From positions 128,001 through 192,000 of the forward strand of contig JAEOUA010000010.1 of the NCBI GenBank assembly GCA_016839555.1: a stretch of DNA of 64,000 nucleotides, read 5' to 3'. A program made the translations under genes and the position numbers. Source of the stretch: Promethearchaeota archaeon (GTDB lineage: Archaea; Asgardarchaeota; Lokiarchaeia; Sigyniarchaeales; SOKP01). Under the pieces are notes generated by a model, which had not been told where the DNA came from, searched no databases, and worked only from the letters and a program-made list of their open reading frames with translations. Shown here in pieces: positions 29,674 through 40,189 of the stretch (the stretch's first letter is position 1; every line of letters starts with the position of its first letter).

Positions 29674-30837
29674 TTAATAAATTCTAACTTTTTCTCTACC
29701 ATTTTTTGATAATTTTTGGGTTTTTGTCTCTAACCCAAACAATTTTAAAAGATAATGATAAATTTTCTCTGATTTCATCTCAGTAAAATATGCAATTATG
29801 AACGATAAAATATTGACATTAATATAGATAATTATAAAATAAATAACATTATCAAATGGTTTTAATAAGAAATTAAATACAGCTACATGGATCAAGAATA
29901 AGGTAAAGGAGTAACTCGCTATAAAATTTAAAGCTTTTTTAACTTTTTTTGGATATATAAAATCAGTATATTGAGAGATTATTAGAAGAAAAAAAACTGC
30001 TCCAGTTAAAAATAAATTATATACTAATTCATACGGGTTGTCAAATTTAAAGTAAATACCCCTCAATAGGGCCATAATAAATAAGAATGTGGAAATTGCT
30101 AGCGAAACGTATTTTACTTTTTTTTTTAATTGATTTTTTCTTTTCACTTCATCAAAATTATTTTTTAGAGATTTTTTTTCAATATACGTATTTAATCTAA
30201 TCATTAAAAATAAGAATACAGCACTTAATATCCATATAATTATATAATTTATTTTTTTAGTTGTTTGAGTCCCTAAACAAATTATAATGATTATTAAACT
30301 AAATAATGCCAGTATAATGATATACAAGAAATAATTTCTTTTAGTTGTCCTTAATCCAAGTAAAAGCCATCCGAAAAGCAAGTACATATACCAGAAAAGA
30401 GGCAAAAACCATAAATGACGATTAAACCCATAATAAGGAAATCCAAGTACCGAATTATTCAAAAGAATGATATTGATTAAAAATATATCAATATTTTCAA
30501 GAAACTTATATTTATTTAACCAATCAAAAAAAATGATAACTATAAATCCGATTAATAATACCGGATAAATTCTAGAGAATCTCCTCAAAAAATATCGTTT
30601 AAAATCATAGTTCTTATCCCTCTTTCCTTTAATAATTGAATAAGCAATAAGGAATCCGCTTATAAGCATCAAGAAAGTAAACCCAGAAACGCCAATAGGA
30701 TTGTCTAGAGGTATTGCTGCAATGTTTTCCAATCCATGACAAAATGCAATTGTTTGAATTGAAAAAACTCGTAAAATATTAATATGTATGGAAGCAGTAT
30801 CGGAGAGGGTGAAATTATTATTTTTCATATTAGACAA
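29674..30837 (-). CDS. Acyltransferase-3 family protein
   Basis: R-x10-H, LISGF, RRFSRIYP, NRHLW. Confidence 0.85.
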   Translation of the reverse strand: MSNMKNNNFTLSDTASIHINILRVFSIQTIAFCHGLENIAAIPLDNPIGVSGFTFLMLISGFLIAYSIIKGKRDKNYDFKRYFLRRFSRIYPVLLIGFIVIIFFDWLNKYKFLENIDIFLINIILLNNSVLGFPYYGFNRHLWFLPLFWYMYLLFGWLLLGLRTTKRNYFLYIIILALFSLIIIIICLGTQTTKKINYIIIWILSAVFLFLMIRLNTYIEKKSLKNNFDEVKRKNQLKKKVKYVSLAISTFLFIMALLRGIYFKFDNPYELVYNLFLTGAVFFLLIISQYTDFIYPKKVKKALNFIASYSFTLFLIHVAVFNFLLKPFDNVIYFIIIYINVNILSFIIAYFTEMKSEKIYHYLLKLFGLETKTQKLSKNGREKVRIY

Positions 30838-30918
30838 AATTAATAATTAATATCATCTAATAATTATTCAAATATTTAAAATCTTTAGAATTATAGTTAT
30901 GGATATTAATATTTGAGA

Positions 30919-32088
30919 TTAATCCTCCAAATTTAGCTTCTTCAATAAATATTTTTCAATATTTCTTGCTTTCCTTTCGGTAAAGGAGGCAATTAATATA
31001 GATAAAAGATTAGAAATTACATATCCTAATAAAAATAATAAGAAAGGATGAACAGTATCCCTAAACGGTAGTAAAAAATGATATGTCGGAAAATGTAGAA
31101 TATATAATGTAAAGGAATAGCTAGATAAGAATTTTGCAATTTTTTTTACTCTTGGATTAAATTTAAAGGTTGTATATTGTGAAAAAATATATAAGAACAA
31201 AATCGATAAAATTACTAACACGATATGATTTATATTGTATGTATCTAGAGTAAGAATTTGATTAAAGAGTGCTATTATATATAAAACTGCAGAAATCCCC
31301 CCATAGAATATAGGACTAGAAAAAATTCTTTTGACTAAATTTAACTCTTTATTTTCTATATGAGTTGAGATTCCTTTTTGTGGATTATTATCATTAATTT
31401 TGTATTTATCTCTCCCTTTATAATATTTATTCAATATTAAGAAAACAAAAACACCTGAAACCCATATATATAACATTTTAATATTATTGATCAAATTTTC
31501 TTTATAGAGAGGGCCACAAAATGTAAATAACATCATAAATGTAAAAAATATTAGAAAAAGATAATAATAAGCTTTTTTCTTCGTTGTTTTTTTCCCAAGA
31601 ATAATCCAACCCAAAAATAAATAAGACCACCAAAATATAGGCAAGGTCCAAAGAGGGTTTGCAGAACCAAAACTGGGCAATCCTAGTATGGATTCATTGA
31701 TTAATAATAAACAAGCTATAAAAGAGACAATATTATATGAATATATTGAGCGATCTAATTCATTAAAAGTTGCCCAATATCCATCAATAAAAATAATAAG
31801 GATTAGTGAAACTACCAAAGGGGGGTAAATTCTTGCGAAGCGATTAACAAAATATTTTTTAAAATCATAATCTTCTCTATCTAATTTATTAAAAAGTGAA
31901 AAAGTTGTTAAGAGTCCGCTTAACAGAAAGAATGTAATGATTGAGGTTTTACCTATTTCTATAGCTAGCTGCAAATCCAAAACTAAACCTAAACCATGAC
32001 CTATACAAACTGTTTGAAATGCATAGACTCTTAGTAAATCAATATTAACGGATGTGGTATCCGAAAATTTTATGGGATTGGGATTCAT
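30919..32088 (-). CDS. Acyltransferase-3 family protein
   Basis: IDLLRVYAFQTVCIGH, FFLLSG, RFARIYPP, YILHFP. Confidence 0.87.
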   Translation of the reverse strand: MNPNPIKFSDTTSVNIDLLRVYAFQTVCIGHGLGLVLDLQLAIEIGKTSIITFFLLSGLLTTFSLFNKLDREDYDFKKYFVNRFARIYPPLVVSLILIIFIDGYWATFNELDRSIYSYNIVSFIACLLLINESILGLPSFGSANPLWTLPIFWWSYLFLGWIILGKKTTKKKAYYYLFLIFFTFMMLFTFCGPLYKENLINNIKMLYIWVSGVFVFLILNKYYKGRDKYKINDNNPQKGISTHIENKELNLVKRIFSSPIFYGGISAVLYIIALFNQILTLDTYNINHIVLVILSILFLYIFSQYTTFKFNPRVKKIAKFLSSYSFTLYILHFPTYHFLLPFRDTVHPFLLFLLGYVISNLLSILIASFTERKARNIEKYLLKKLNLED

Positions 32089-32505
32089 TTTATAATAGCA
32101 ATAATTTTTAATTTTCTTAATTTTGTTCTAATATTTGAGAAAAGATCCTTATAGTAATTTATAAAGTATCTAAAAAAAATATTTTTTATTTAAGATAATT
32201 TAATTCTATTCATTATTGAGTTATTTAATTAAATTTTTTGAAATAATATTATTTTTTTTTAGATTTACTTTATATACAATTATTTTCAGTTTAATTTGCA
32301 ATTCGAGCTAATAAATTAATTAGAAAAATAATTTAATAGATTTTAAAAAGATTTTTCAATAATTTATTGGAATAGAAGCAATTAAATCTAACTTTTAATA
32401 GAACTTAACTTCTTTAAAAATTTCAATTTATTAATATTTATTTTAAGTCAAATTCATCACTTCTAAAACGCTCGATCATATTTTTTAAAAAAAAAGAAGA
32501 GATGT

Positions 32506-33162
32506 CTATTCTAACTTATATACTCCATAAGTTAAAATAATAAAGCTTATAGAAAATGCTATTCTATTAAACTTTTGACCCGCAACTAATAATAATCGCG
32601 AGATATTTAGTCCCGCAATTTCTACCATTAAAATGGTAAAAAAGAAAATACTAAATATTGCTAAGATATATCCATAAAATTTTGACATCCTTTCTTGTAA
32701 AAAGAGAGTAATTGCATAAGCCAATGCCATAAAAAAAATACAAGCATACGCAATATAAGCAAAGATCATATGAGGGGGTCTTAATATATCTGCGGGAGTA
32801 AAAATTACACCAATAAAGCAGATAGAAGAAATATACCCGAAAATTGATCCTATCATCGCAATTTTATTTTCTTTTGTCGAGTCTTGAAATAATCGAGGGA
32901 ATATATAATAGAATGGTATAAATAAAATTGCTACGGAAGAATAGGCAATTGTGAAAAAAATCATAGATATTATATTATTTACACCATTATGGGCAATTGT
33001 TCGTCCTGTATCACTAAAAGTATTTCCCCAAAAGGAATAACCAGGAATTGAGGGATCATCCATCGTGCCGCCAGCATAAAAAATCATGGCAAGGGTTATG
33101 AAAATAATATATAGAATAATTCCAATAATTTCTATTAAACACGCTTTATCCTTAGTTTCCAT
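32506..33162 (-). CDS. Multi-pass membrane protein (DUF998-like)
   Basis: YAGG...GYSFWGNTFSDTG motif and about 6 TM segments. Confidence 0.6.
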   Translation of the reverse strand: METKDKACLIEIIGIILYIIFITLAMIFYAGGTMDDPSIPGYSFWGNTFSDTGRTIAHNGVNNIISMIFFTIAYSSVAILFIPFYYIFPRLFQDSTKENKIAMIGSIFGYISSICFIGVIFTPADILRPPHMIFAYIAYACIFFMALAYAITLFLQERMSKFYGYILAIFSIFFFTILMVEIAGLNISRLLLVAGQKFNRIAFSISFIILTYGVYKLE

Positions 33163-33319
33163 ATCTTTAATCTCTTTATATTTTCTTTATAATATGTTTT
33201 TAATTGTAATTATAATTAGAATTTATTCTTTATAAAACTATAAATTTAAGAAATAAACTCAGGAATAAATTAAATATCTTATAATAAAAAAGACAAAAAA
33301 AAAAGAAAAATTTCTAAAG

Positions 33320-34507
33320 TTAATCAGGTTTTCCCAAAATCGTGACAGAGCACACAGCGTATGCTCCACCAAGATTGTGACACAATCCTAGTTCTGGATT
33401 CGGGACTTGTCTACCCTCAGCTCTCCCTTGAAGTTGCTTTGTGATCTCTTGAAGCATTCGACATCCGGTAGAACCAATAGGATGTCCAAAGGATTTTAAA
33501 CCTCCTGAGGGATTTACTGCCGTTTCTCCATCCCAATTAAATGTACCATTTCTTAATTCCTCGGGAGCCTTACCTCGGTCACAGAATTGCAAATCCTGAC
33601 AATTTAAAAGCTCTGTAATTGTAAAGCAATCATGAACTTCTGCGGCATCTATTTCCTTTCGTGGATTTTCAATACCAGCTTCTTTATATGCCATATTTGC
33701 AGCTTTTACGGTTGCTGGAAATGAGGTATAATCAGATCCCGGACCAGGTGGGGGCACCCACCATGGGAAATTGGTTTGAGCTGAAATTGCGTTTGCCTTA
33801 ACAATAATATAATCGTCACCATGCGCATAGCTGGGGGCCATTTCGGGAGAAGTTAGTATTAATGCGGCTGCTCCATCGGACATCGCGCAGCAATCAAATC
33901 TGCCCAATGGATCCGCAATCATGGGTGCGCTCATTACTGTTTCTAAGTCCACTGCTCGTCGAAAGTGTGCTTTAGGATGATGAGCACCATTTTCATGATT
34001 TTTTACTGCAACATATGCTAAGTCTTCTTTCGTCCATCCAAATTCGTGGAAACAGCGCGTAGCCGCTAATGAAAACATTGCGGGAGCTGAGGGTAATGGA
34101 TATACGGGATGGCCAAAAATTCTGAAACCAGGTAATCCACTACTGCCTTCATCCATTATTTTTTCTACACCACATGCCATAACCACATCATATGCACCAG
34201 AAGCAATCGCAAAACACGCGTTCCTGAAGGCATCCATTCCAGAGGCACAATAATTCTCAACCCTTGTGGCTGGTTTACCTCCAAACTTCATTATATCTTC
34301 GACAGTGGCGCCAGCTAATCCAGTGAAATAATAATAAATTCCAACCCAGGTCGCATCAACATCGTCCTTTTCGATTCCGGCATCTTTGAATGCACCTTGG
34401 GCAGCTTCAAATAACAAGTCGAATTGATTTTTATCCCATAACTCTCCAAATTTAGTCGCTTCACAGCCAATAATTGCCACTTTATCTCTTATTCCTTTTC
34501 TAACCAT
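33320..34507 (-). CDS. Thiolase (acetyl-CoA acetyltransferase, archaeal/SCP2-type)
   Basis: RVENYCASG, GVEK, KNHENG, SDGAAA, EVHDCFT, VNPSGGL..GHPIGSTG. Start placed at ATG 34507, behind GGAGGTG. Confidence 0.93.
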   Translation of the reverse strand: MVRKGIRDKVAIIGCEATKFGELWDKNQFDLLFEAAQGAFKDAGIEKDDVDATWVGIYYYFTGLAGATVEDIMKFGGKPATRVENYCASGMDAFRNACFAIASGAYDVVMACGVEKIMDEGSSGLPGFRIFGHPVYPLPSAPAMFSLAATRCFHEFGWTKEDLAYVAVKNHENGAHHPKAHFRRAVDLETVMSAPMIADPLGRFDCCAMSDGAAALILTSPEMAPSYAHGDDYIIVKANAISAQTNFPWWVPPPGPGSDYTSFPATVKAANMAYKEAGIENPRKEIDAAEVHDCFTITELLNCQDLQFCDRGKAPEELRNGTFNWDGETAVNPSGGLKSFGHPIGSTGCRMLQEITKQLQGRAEGRQVPNPELGLCHNLGGAYAVCSVTILGKPD

Positions 34508-34508
34508 T

Positions 34509-35969
34509 TTACTTAACACCTCCTACTATATCGGGTCTGCCACGTACGGGCCTACATTTCCAGTAATAATTTATAAATTCAGCACCTTGATGTACTCTTC
34601 GAAAAGTTAATTCTACTTCCATTCCTATTTCAACATTCTCTTCTGGTTTTTCAATTTCCGTCATATCTAACATAAGTCGACCGCCTCCATTCATATCAAT
34701 CACACACCGAGGAACTGGAGTGTTATAGTAATTACCTCCAACCAGATGATCCAAAGTATAAGTGAATATCTTACCTTTATAAGCTAACTTAACTTTTTCC
34801 ATTTGATCATCTGCTCGACACACATAGCAGGCTCTATGAAAGGTAGGATATTGAATTGCCCCACATGCTTTACATCTTACTCCATAATTTCTTAATACAG
34901 AATCAGCATCTCTCCAAAGTGTTACCGCAGAACTCTTACGGATATATCGGTCTTTGTTTAACAATTCTTTATTATCGATAAATGTATCATAATTTTTTAT
35001 TTGTATCATAGATTTTTGATGATCACGCATACCCATCCGACCTTTTCCAATGTTCCTAACACCTGATTTATCTCTTACTTGTAAGAGAATTGCATCCGCC
35101 CCATCCCCATATCCAACCATTAGCATTTTTGCATCTTCATCAGGACGTCTTAACGCACTTATAAGCAGCATAATTGGCATGGGAGTGCCAGTATTTCCAA
35201 TTTGGAAAAATAAACTGTCTTGAGCAACTCCTCGCTCAAACCCCATTTTTTTAGAAATAGTTCCATGCATTCTTGGATTATCATAATAATAACATGCACA
35301 ACTAATATCTTTTGGGCTAAGATCATTTTTTTGTAATATCTTATTCATTACAGTTGATACACTTTCGATATAAAATCGTGCATCCATTTTCACCTCAAAG
35401 GTTCGAATATATTCATCTCCTTCTCTACGTTTCCATGGACCAGTTGTGTTTTTTGAGATAGAGACTGTATCATCAATAGAAATTGGAATATTTTTTTCAT
35501 CCGCTATCAATAAAGCTGCAGCTCCATCAGCAAAGCCGTATTCCCACATAGTTGAGGGTTCAGGTTGTCGCTCATCTGATGCTATTACCAATATACTTTT
35601 TATATCATCATTGGCTTTTATTGTTTCATATGCTCTCGCAACCGCTGTGGTCCCAGCTTTTAAGGAATTTGTAAAATCAACGGATACTATATCATCTCTA
35701 AGATCTAAAACAGCAGAGAGTATTGAAGATGTATCTTTTTCAGTATATACGGGAGTCGTGGTGGCATAATATAATCCATCAACACTCTTAGGGTCAATCC
35801 CTGCTAAACAATCAAGTCCAGCTTCGACCGCCATCGTGAGACTATCTTCATCAGAGAGTGCAAATGCTTTTGTTCCTGGAACCGATGGGAAATCCCATGC
35901 TTTAGCAATCAGATTCCTTGGTAAAAGATAACGCGGTAAATAGGCGCCGTAGCTCTTAATTCCTATCAT
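34509..35969 (-). CDS. HMG-CoA-synthase-like domain fused to a DUF35 (Zn-ribbon + OB-fold) domain
   Basis: GIKSYGAYLPRY, DEDSLTMAVEA, DGAAA, IGNTG, GYGDGAD; C-terminal CKACG...CYVC, GKIFTYT, IGMEVELTFR, YYWKCRP. Confidence 0.88.
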   Translation of the reverse strand: MIGIKSYGAYLPRYLLPRNLIAKAWDFPSVPGTKAFALSDEDSLTMAVEAGLDCLAGIDPKSVDGLYYATTTPVYTEKDTSSILSAVLDLRDDIVSVDFTNSLKAGTTAVARAYETIKANDDIKSILVIASDERQPEPSTMWEYGFADGAAALLIADEKNIPISIDDTVSISKNTTGPWKRREGDEYIRTFEVKMDARFYIESVSTVMNKILQKNDLSPKDISCACYYYDNPRMHGTISKKMGFERGVAQDSLFFQIGNTGTPMPIMLLISALRRPDEDAKMLMVGYGDGADAILLQVRDKSGVRNIGKGRMGMRDHQKSMIQIKNYDTFIDNKELLNKDRYIRKSSAVTLWRDADSVLRNYGVRCKACGAIQYPTFHRACYVCRADDQMEKVKLAYKGKIFTYTLDHLVGGNYYNTPVPRCVIDMNGGGRLMLDMTEIEKPEENVEIGMEVELTFRRVHQGAEFINYYWKCRPVRGRPDIVGGVK

Positions 35970-36253
35970 TTTTGTAATAATACCCTTTTTTAAATTATTA
36001 ATTATTTAATTTAATTTTCTTATATTATGTGTTTGAATTAATTTCATTAAAAATATTTTCCGAATTTAGGTAAAAAAATTTCCAAGCAAATAATAGTTAA
36101 AAATTACCTATTCTTCAGATTTTTTTTAATGTAAAGAATAATGATAAGAGATTTCTTATATAGCGTTATTCCCAGAGATTTTAATATATAGAAATAGTAG
36201 TGAATAATAATATAAACTAAGAATATATAAAAGATTAGAAAACAGATATTTAT

Positions 36254-37156
36254 TTATATTTTACAACTGTTTATTTCTTTTTCATGAGAAATTTGGATGG
36301 TGGATTCAATGATATTAAATTTTTCATGGAGAAAATTACTGATATTATTAATTAATTTATCTTCATTCATATTATCTGTAATTTGTATATGTGTTGTTAA
36401 CACCAGTAGCTCATTGGTAATTGTCCATAGATGAGTATGATATATTTCATTTATTTCATGAAATTCATTTTTCAATTCTTTCTCAATAACATCAATATTG
36501 AGATTTTTTGGAGCCATTTCCAAAAGTATCCTACCAGAATCTCTTAAAATACCTATAGACCAAGAAGTTATGAGAGCCGCAATGAGAAAGCTTACGAGGG
36601 GATCAAGGAATAACCAACCAGTATAGAAAATAATTACAGAAACTATCATGATAGCAATGGAGGAAATTGCATCTCCCATCATATGAAAAAATACTCCCTT
36701 AATATTAAGATCCTCTTTATGGCTCCCGTGGAGAATTGAAATACTAATAATATTAACCGCAAGCCCAATGATAGCAATAGAGATCATATAAAAAATCTGA
36801 ATCTCTGCTGGGTTCAATAATCTCACTATAGCCTCATAAATAATAAACCCAACCATTACTAATAAAAAAAGACCATTAATTAGTGCGGCGAGAACTTCTG
36901 CCCGATATAATCCGAAGGTCCTATGACGACAAGAAGGTTTCCTTGCTAAATATATTGCGAAAAGACTAATACTTATCGCGAATGCATGGGTAAACATATG
37001 ACCTGCATCACTTAATAATGCTATGCTATTCGATACTATACCTCCTATGATTTCAAGAACCATAACTGAAGCAGTAATAACGAGGGAAAAAGCTAGTCTC
37101 TTTCTTTCCACTTTTCTATAGGTGAAAATCCGGTCGGGTTTTTTATGAGAAGTCAT
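36254..37156 (-). CDS. Cation diffusion facilitator (Zn/Co/Cd efflux)
   Basis: ALLSDAGHM, TFGLYRAEVL, FHMMGD, HTHLWTIT. Confidence 0.93.
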   Translation of the reverse strand: MTSHKKPDRIFTYRKVERKRLAFSLVITASVMVLEIIGGIVSNSIALLSDAGHMFTHAFAISISLFAIYLARKPSCRHRTFGLYRAEVLAALINGLFLLVMVGFIIYEAIVRLLNPAEIQIFYMISIAIIGLAVNIISISILHGSHKEDLNIKGVFFHMMGDAISSIAIMIVSVIIFYTGWLFLDPLVSFLIAALITSWSIGILRDSGRILLEMAPKNLNIDVIEKELKNEFHEINEIYHTHLWTITNELLVLTTHIQITDNMNEDKLINNISNFLHEKFNIIESTIQISHEKEINSCKI

Positions 37157-37425
37157 TTTCTAAATTTCTTTTATAATAATTCCTTATATATATGATTTCT
37201 TACCAATTTTTAATTATTATGATAATAATTCATAATATTTGTAGAAAATATTTACATTTTTTATAAGACCAATTAAATTCTAATTAATAATAATTAAAAG
37301 TTAATTTGGGAGCTGACGAAAAAACATAAAAATAACTAAAAAATGAAAACTAAATTAGATTGGAAAAGTTACAACCTATTTTATGAGAAAATAAAAACAT
37401 AATATGCTAAAAAAAATATTTTAAT

Positions 37426-37920
37426 TTAATCTCCTTGTTCAATTCTTTTCTCTAAAACGATTAAGATGGGATTAAATCCCGCTTTCGAGAAAATCTTTAT
37501 TAATTTATCTTGAGCACCATAACCAATATTTATCCTAATGGATTCACATCCCCAACTGGAGAGTATCTGGACAGCTCTATCTGCCAATATTTTCCCTACT
37601 TGCTTTCCAATATATTCTTTTTTCGTGGCCCAATTATCTAAATATCCAATATAATTCCCCAGGGTGTTTTTAACAGCTTCAAGCATTCCCATACCAATAA
37701 CTTCTCCTGTATCCTTTAGCTCCGCAATTAGAGTGATTCTTTTTAAATTTGGTTTAAATTGTCTAAGACCCGAGCTTTTTTTCCATTTTTCTTCTTCTAA
37801 CCCAATATCATATTTATCATGAAGCTGTTGGAGGATCTCGAGGGTTGCTTCATAATCAGAAGTGCGATAATTTCTAATAATAATCTCATCTTCTTCTATT
37901 ATCTCATTTTCATTAGCCAT
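37426..37920 (-). CDS. GNAT-family acetyltransferase
   Basis: IIRNYRTSDY, EVIGMG, EYIGKQVGKIL and AGF pattern. Confidence 0.75.
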   Translation of the reverse strand: MANENEIIEEDEIIIRNYRTSDYEATLEILQQLHDKYDIGLEEEKWKKSSGLRQFKPNLKRITLIAELKDTGEVIGMGMLEAVKNTLGNYIGYLDNWATKKEYIGKQVGKILADRAVQILSSWGCESIRINIGYGAQDKLIKIFSKAGFNPILIVLEKRIEQGD

Positions 37921-37941
37921 ATTTTTATACCTCTTATTATT

Positions 37942-38967
37942 TTAGTTAATATTTTTAAAACTTTCTAAATTTATTTTTTTCGCAAGTAATTTTTTATTAT
38001 CTTCCATTTGAATTAAGAAAAAGAGATATTCGTCAATATGCGGAATGATTGGACTAATGAATAGTAATTCTTCATTTGGATACCACTCTTCTATTTTTTG
38101 ATTCATGATCTCTTTTTCAAAAAACTCTTTTACATGCGTAATTTTAACAATAATATTTTCATATTTTTTGTCAGTATTATTACTTGCTAATATTTCTACT
38201 TCTTCAGAATCTTTACTAATTGAAATATCAATTATGTTAAAGGGTTTAACCAATTTCAGTTCTTTTTCAGATTTTTTCGTTGGATCAAAAATTTTAATAT
38301 TTGAAAAACTTGATTCATCACTATTTAGAATATATGAAACATCAATACCTTTTAATGCAAGAAAGGATAATGCCTTTTGTTTTTTGATAGAACTAGTATC
38401 TCGTTCTTTAATGACTGAAGAAAAAAATTCTTTGCAGTTGTTTCTAATTAATTTTTTCATTTCTTCCTTAATTTTTTCCCCTTTTTCAATAGTTTTTTGT
38501 GTTTTCGGAGTTTTAATGATTTCCTCTTTCGCTATTTCACATTCAATTAATTCATAGAGCTTTTCTTCATATTTATCTTTCACAAGTTGGGTTACTTTCC
38601 TTATTAATTCATCTCCAAATATATCTAAATCATCTGGAAGGGATATTATAACAACTACAGTCTCTGGAGTTTCTTTTTCTAATCCTGCCCTGCGTTTTTC
38701 TCTTAATGATTTGGCTAGAAATTTTTTTCCAAAAAATGTATATCCCTTATATTCGAGATCTATATGATCTAATGCTTTAGACTCTTCTATTTCAAGGAAC
38801 CAGATGGGATGGTATTTTATAGGGCGCATAAAATCTCTATTATTTTTTAAATCCTCGTTGGGACACATAAATAGAGGGATATGTCCTTTAGACTCATCGA
38901 AATACATGAGATATACATAACAAAGCTCTTCTAATGTATCTTCCATTTTAGCAGTAATTTTAGCCAA
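37942..38967 (-). CDS. Hypothetical protein with a possible N-terminal uDENN/longin-like domain
   Basis: YLMYFDESKGHIPLFMCP resembles the hhhxFDxxxGPxxxxxxP start of uDENN domains; later RRAG...ETVVVIISL. Confidence 0.5.
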   Translation of the reverse strand: MAKITAKMEDTLEELCYVYLMYFDESKGHIPLFMCPNEDLKNNRDFMRPIKYHPIWFLEIEESKALDHIDLEYKGYTFFGKKFLAKSLREKRRAGLEKETPETVVVIISLPDDLDIFGDELIRKVTQLVKDKYEEKLYELIECEIAKEEIIKTPKTQKTIEKGEKIKEEMKKLIRNNCKEFFSSVIKERDTSSIKKQKALSFLALKGIDVSYILNSDESSFSNIKIFDPTKKSEKELKLVKPFNIIDISISKDSEEVEILASNNTDKKYENIIVKITHVKEFFEKEIMNQKIEEWYPNEELLFISPIIPHIDEYLFFLIQMEDNKKLLAKKINLESFKNIN

Positions 38968-39098
38968 CCGACTCTATTCTTGTTCTTATTTTTAGTTCTT
39001 TTACATAAAGAATTAATATTTCTTAAACTAAAAATATTGTTAAAAAAATATTGGAAAAAAAATAAAATTATAAATATAATCCAAGTTAATAGTTCCTC

Positions 39099-40181
39099 AT
39101 GAAAATAACTGATATTAAGACTCATTTATTAGAATTAGATTTTAAAATAAAAATTGGTTCAATGCCCAGATTTAAGGCAACAGGATTATATATAAATATC
39201 AAAACAGATGAAAATATAGATGGATGGGGATTATCTCATTGGAATTTAAGCAATGCTGCCCAAAAACAATTTGTAGATGAAGCCTTAAGTCGTTTGATAC
39301 TTAATAAAGATCCATTTATGACCGAGGAAATATTTCATACCATCTATCATAGCAGTAATCGTATTATGTTTGGCATAGCTCAGAGTACAAGTGCCATCCA
39401 AGTTGCTCTGTGGGATATTATTGGAAAAGCAACAGGACAACCAATTTACAAATTATTAGGTGGAAGGAAAAAGAAAGTAAAAGCATATGCTTCCATGCCA
39501 AGAGGATATAAAGTGAAAGCTGCTTCGGGAGCGGTAGAGGCAGCTATAGATTTAGGAGATTTTAAAGGAGTCAAATTGAGAATTGGAAATGGAGCTAAAG
39601 AAGATGAAAAATTATTGAAAACAGTTCGGGATTCATTTCCTAAAATTAATATTATGGTTGATGCCAATTCTGCCTATGAGAGTGTTCCTGAAGCTTTAGA
39701 AATAGCAAAAATATGTGAAAAGTATGACATAACTTGGTTAGAAGAACCGATGCCCTCTGATAATTTGAATGGATTAGCTAGATTGAGAGGATTATCTCCT
39801 GTAGAAATTGCCGGAGGAGAAAATGATATGGGAATATTCAGATTTGAGGATATTCTGTCAAAAGGAACATATGATATTATACAGCCAGATGTGACTCGTA
39901 GTGGCGGCTATCTTCAACTCAGAAAGATTGATGCCATGGCAGAGGTGAAGGGAGTACGCTGCATACCCCATATTTTCGGATTTGGACATATTTTAGCCGC
40001 AAATCTTCATTTTATTATGGCGAGTCGTTGTGATTGGTGTGAATTTCCATTTATACCCGATGAATATCAGCTCCTTGAGGAACCTATTAAGGTGCAAAAA
40101 GGATATTTAAAAGCTTTAGAAAAGCCGGGCTTGGGTGTTGAAATTAATAAGCAAATGTTTGATGAAAATGTAATCTCGTAG
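39099..40181 (+). CDS. Mandelate racemase/muconate lactonizing enzyme family (enolase superfamily)
   Basis: ALWDIIGK..GQPIYKLLGG, KLRIG, MVDAN, WLEEP, AGGEN, IQPD. Confidence 0.93.
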   Translation: MKITDIKTHLLELDFKIKIGSMPRFKATGLYINIKTDENIDGWGLSHWNLSNAAQKQFVDEALSRLILNKDPFMTEEIFHTIYHSSNRIMFGIAQSTSAIQVALWDIIGKATGQPIYKLLGGRKKKVKAYASMPRGYKVKAASGAVEAAIDLGDFKGVKLRIGNGAKEDEKLLKTVRDSFPKINIMVDANSAYESVPEALEIAKICEKYDITWLEEPMPSDNLNGLARLRGLSPVEIAGGENDMGIFRFEDILSKGTYDIIQPDVTRSGGYLQLRKIDAMAEVKGVRCIPHIFGFGHILAANLHFIMASRCDWCEFPFIPDEYQLLEEPIKVQKGYLKALEKPGLGVEINKQMFDENVIS

Positions 40182-40189
40182 AATTTTCA

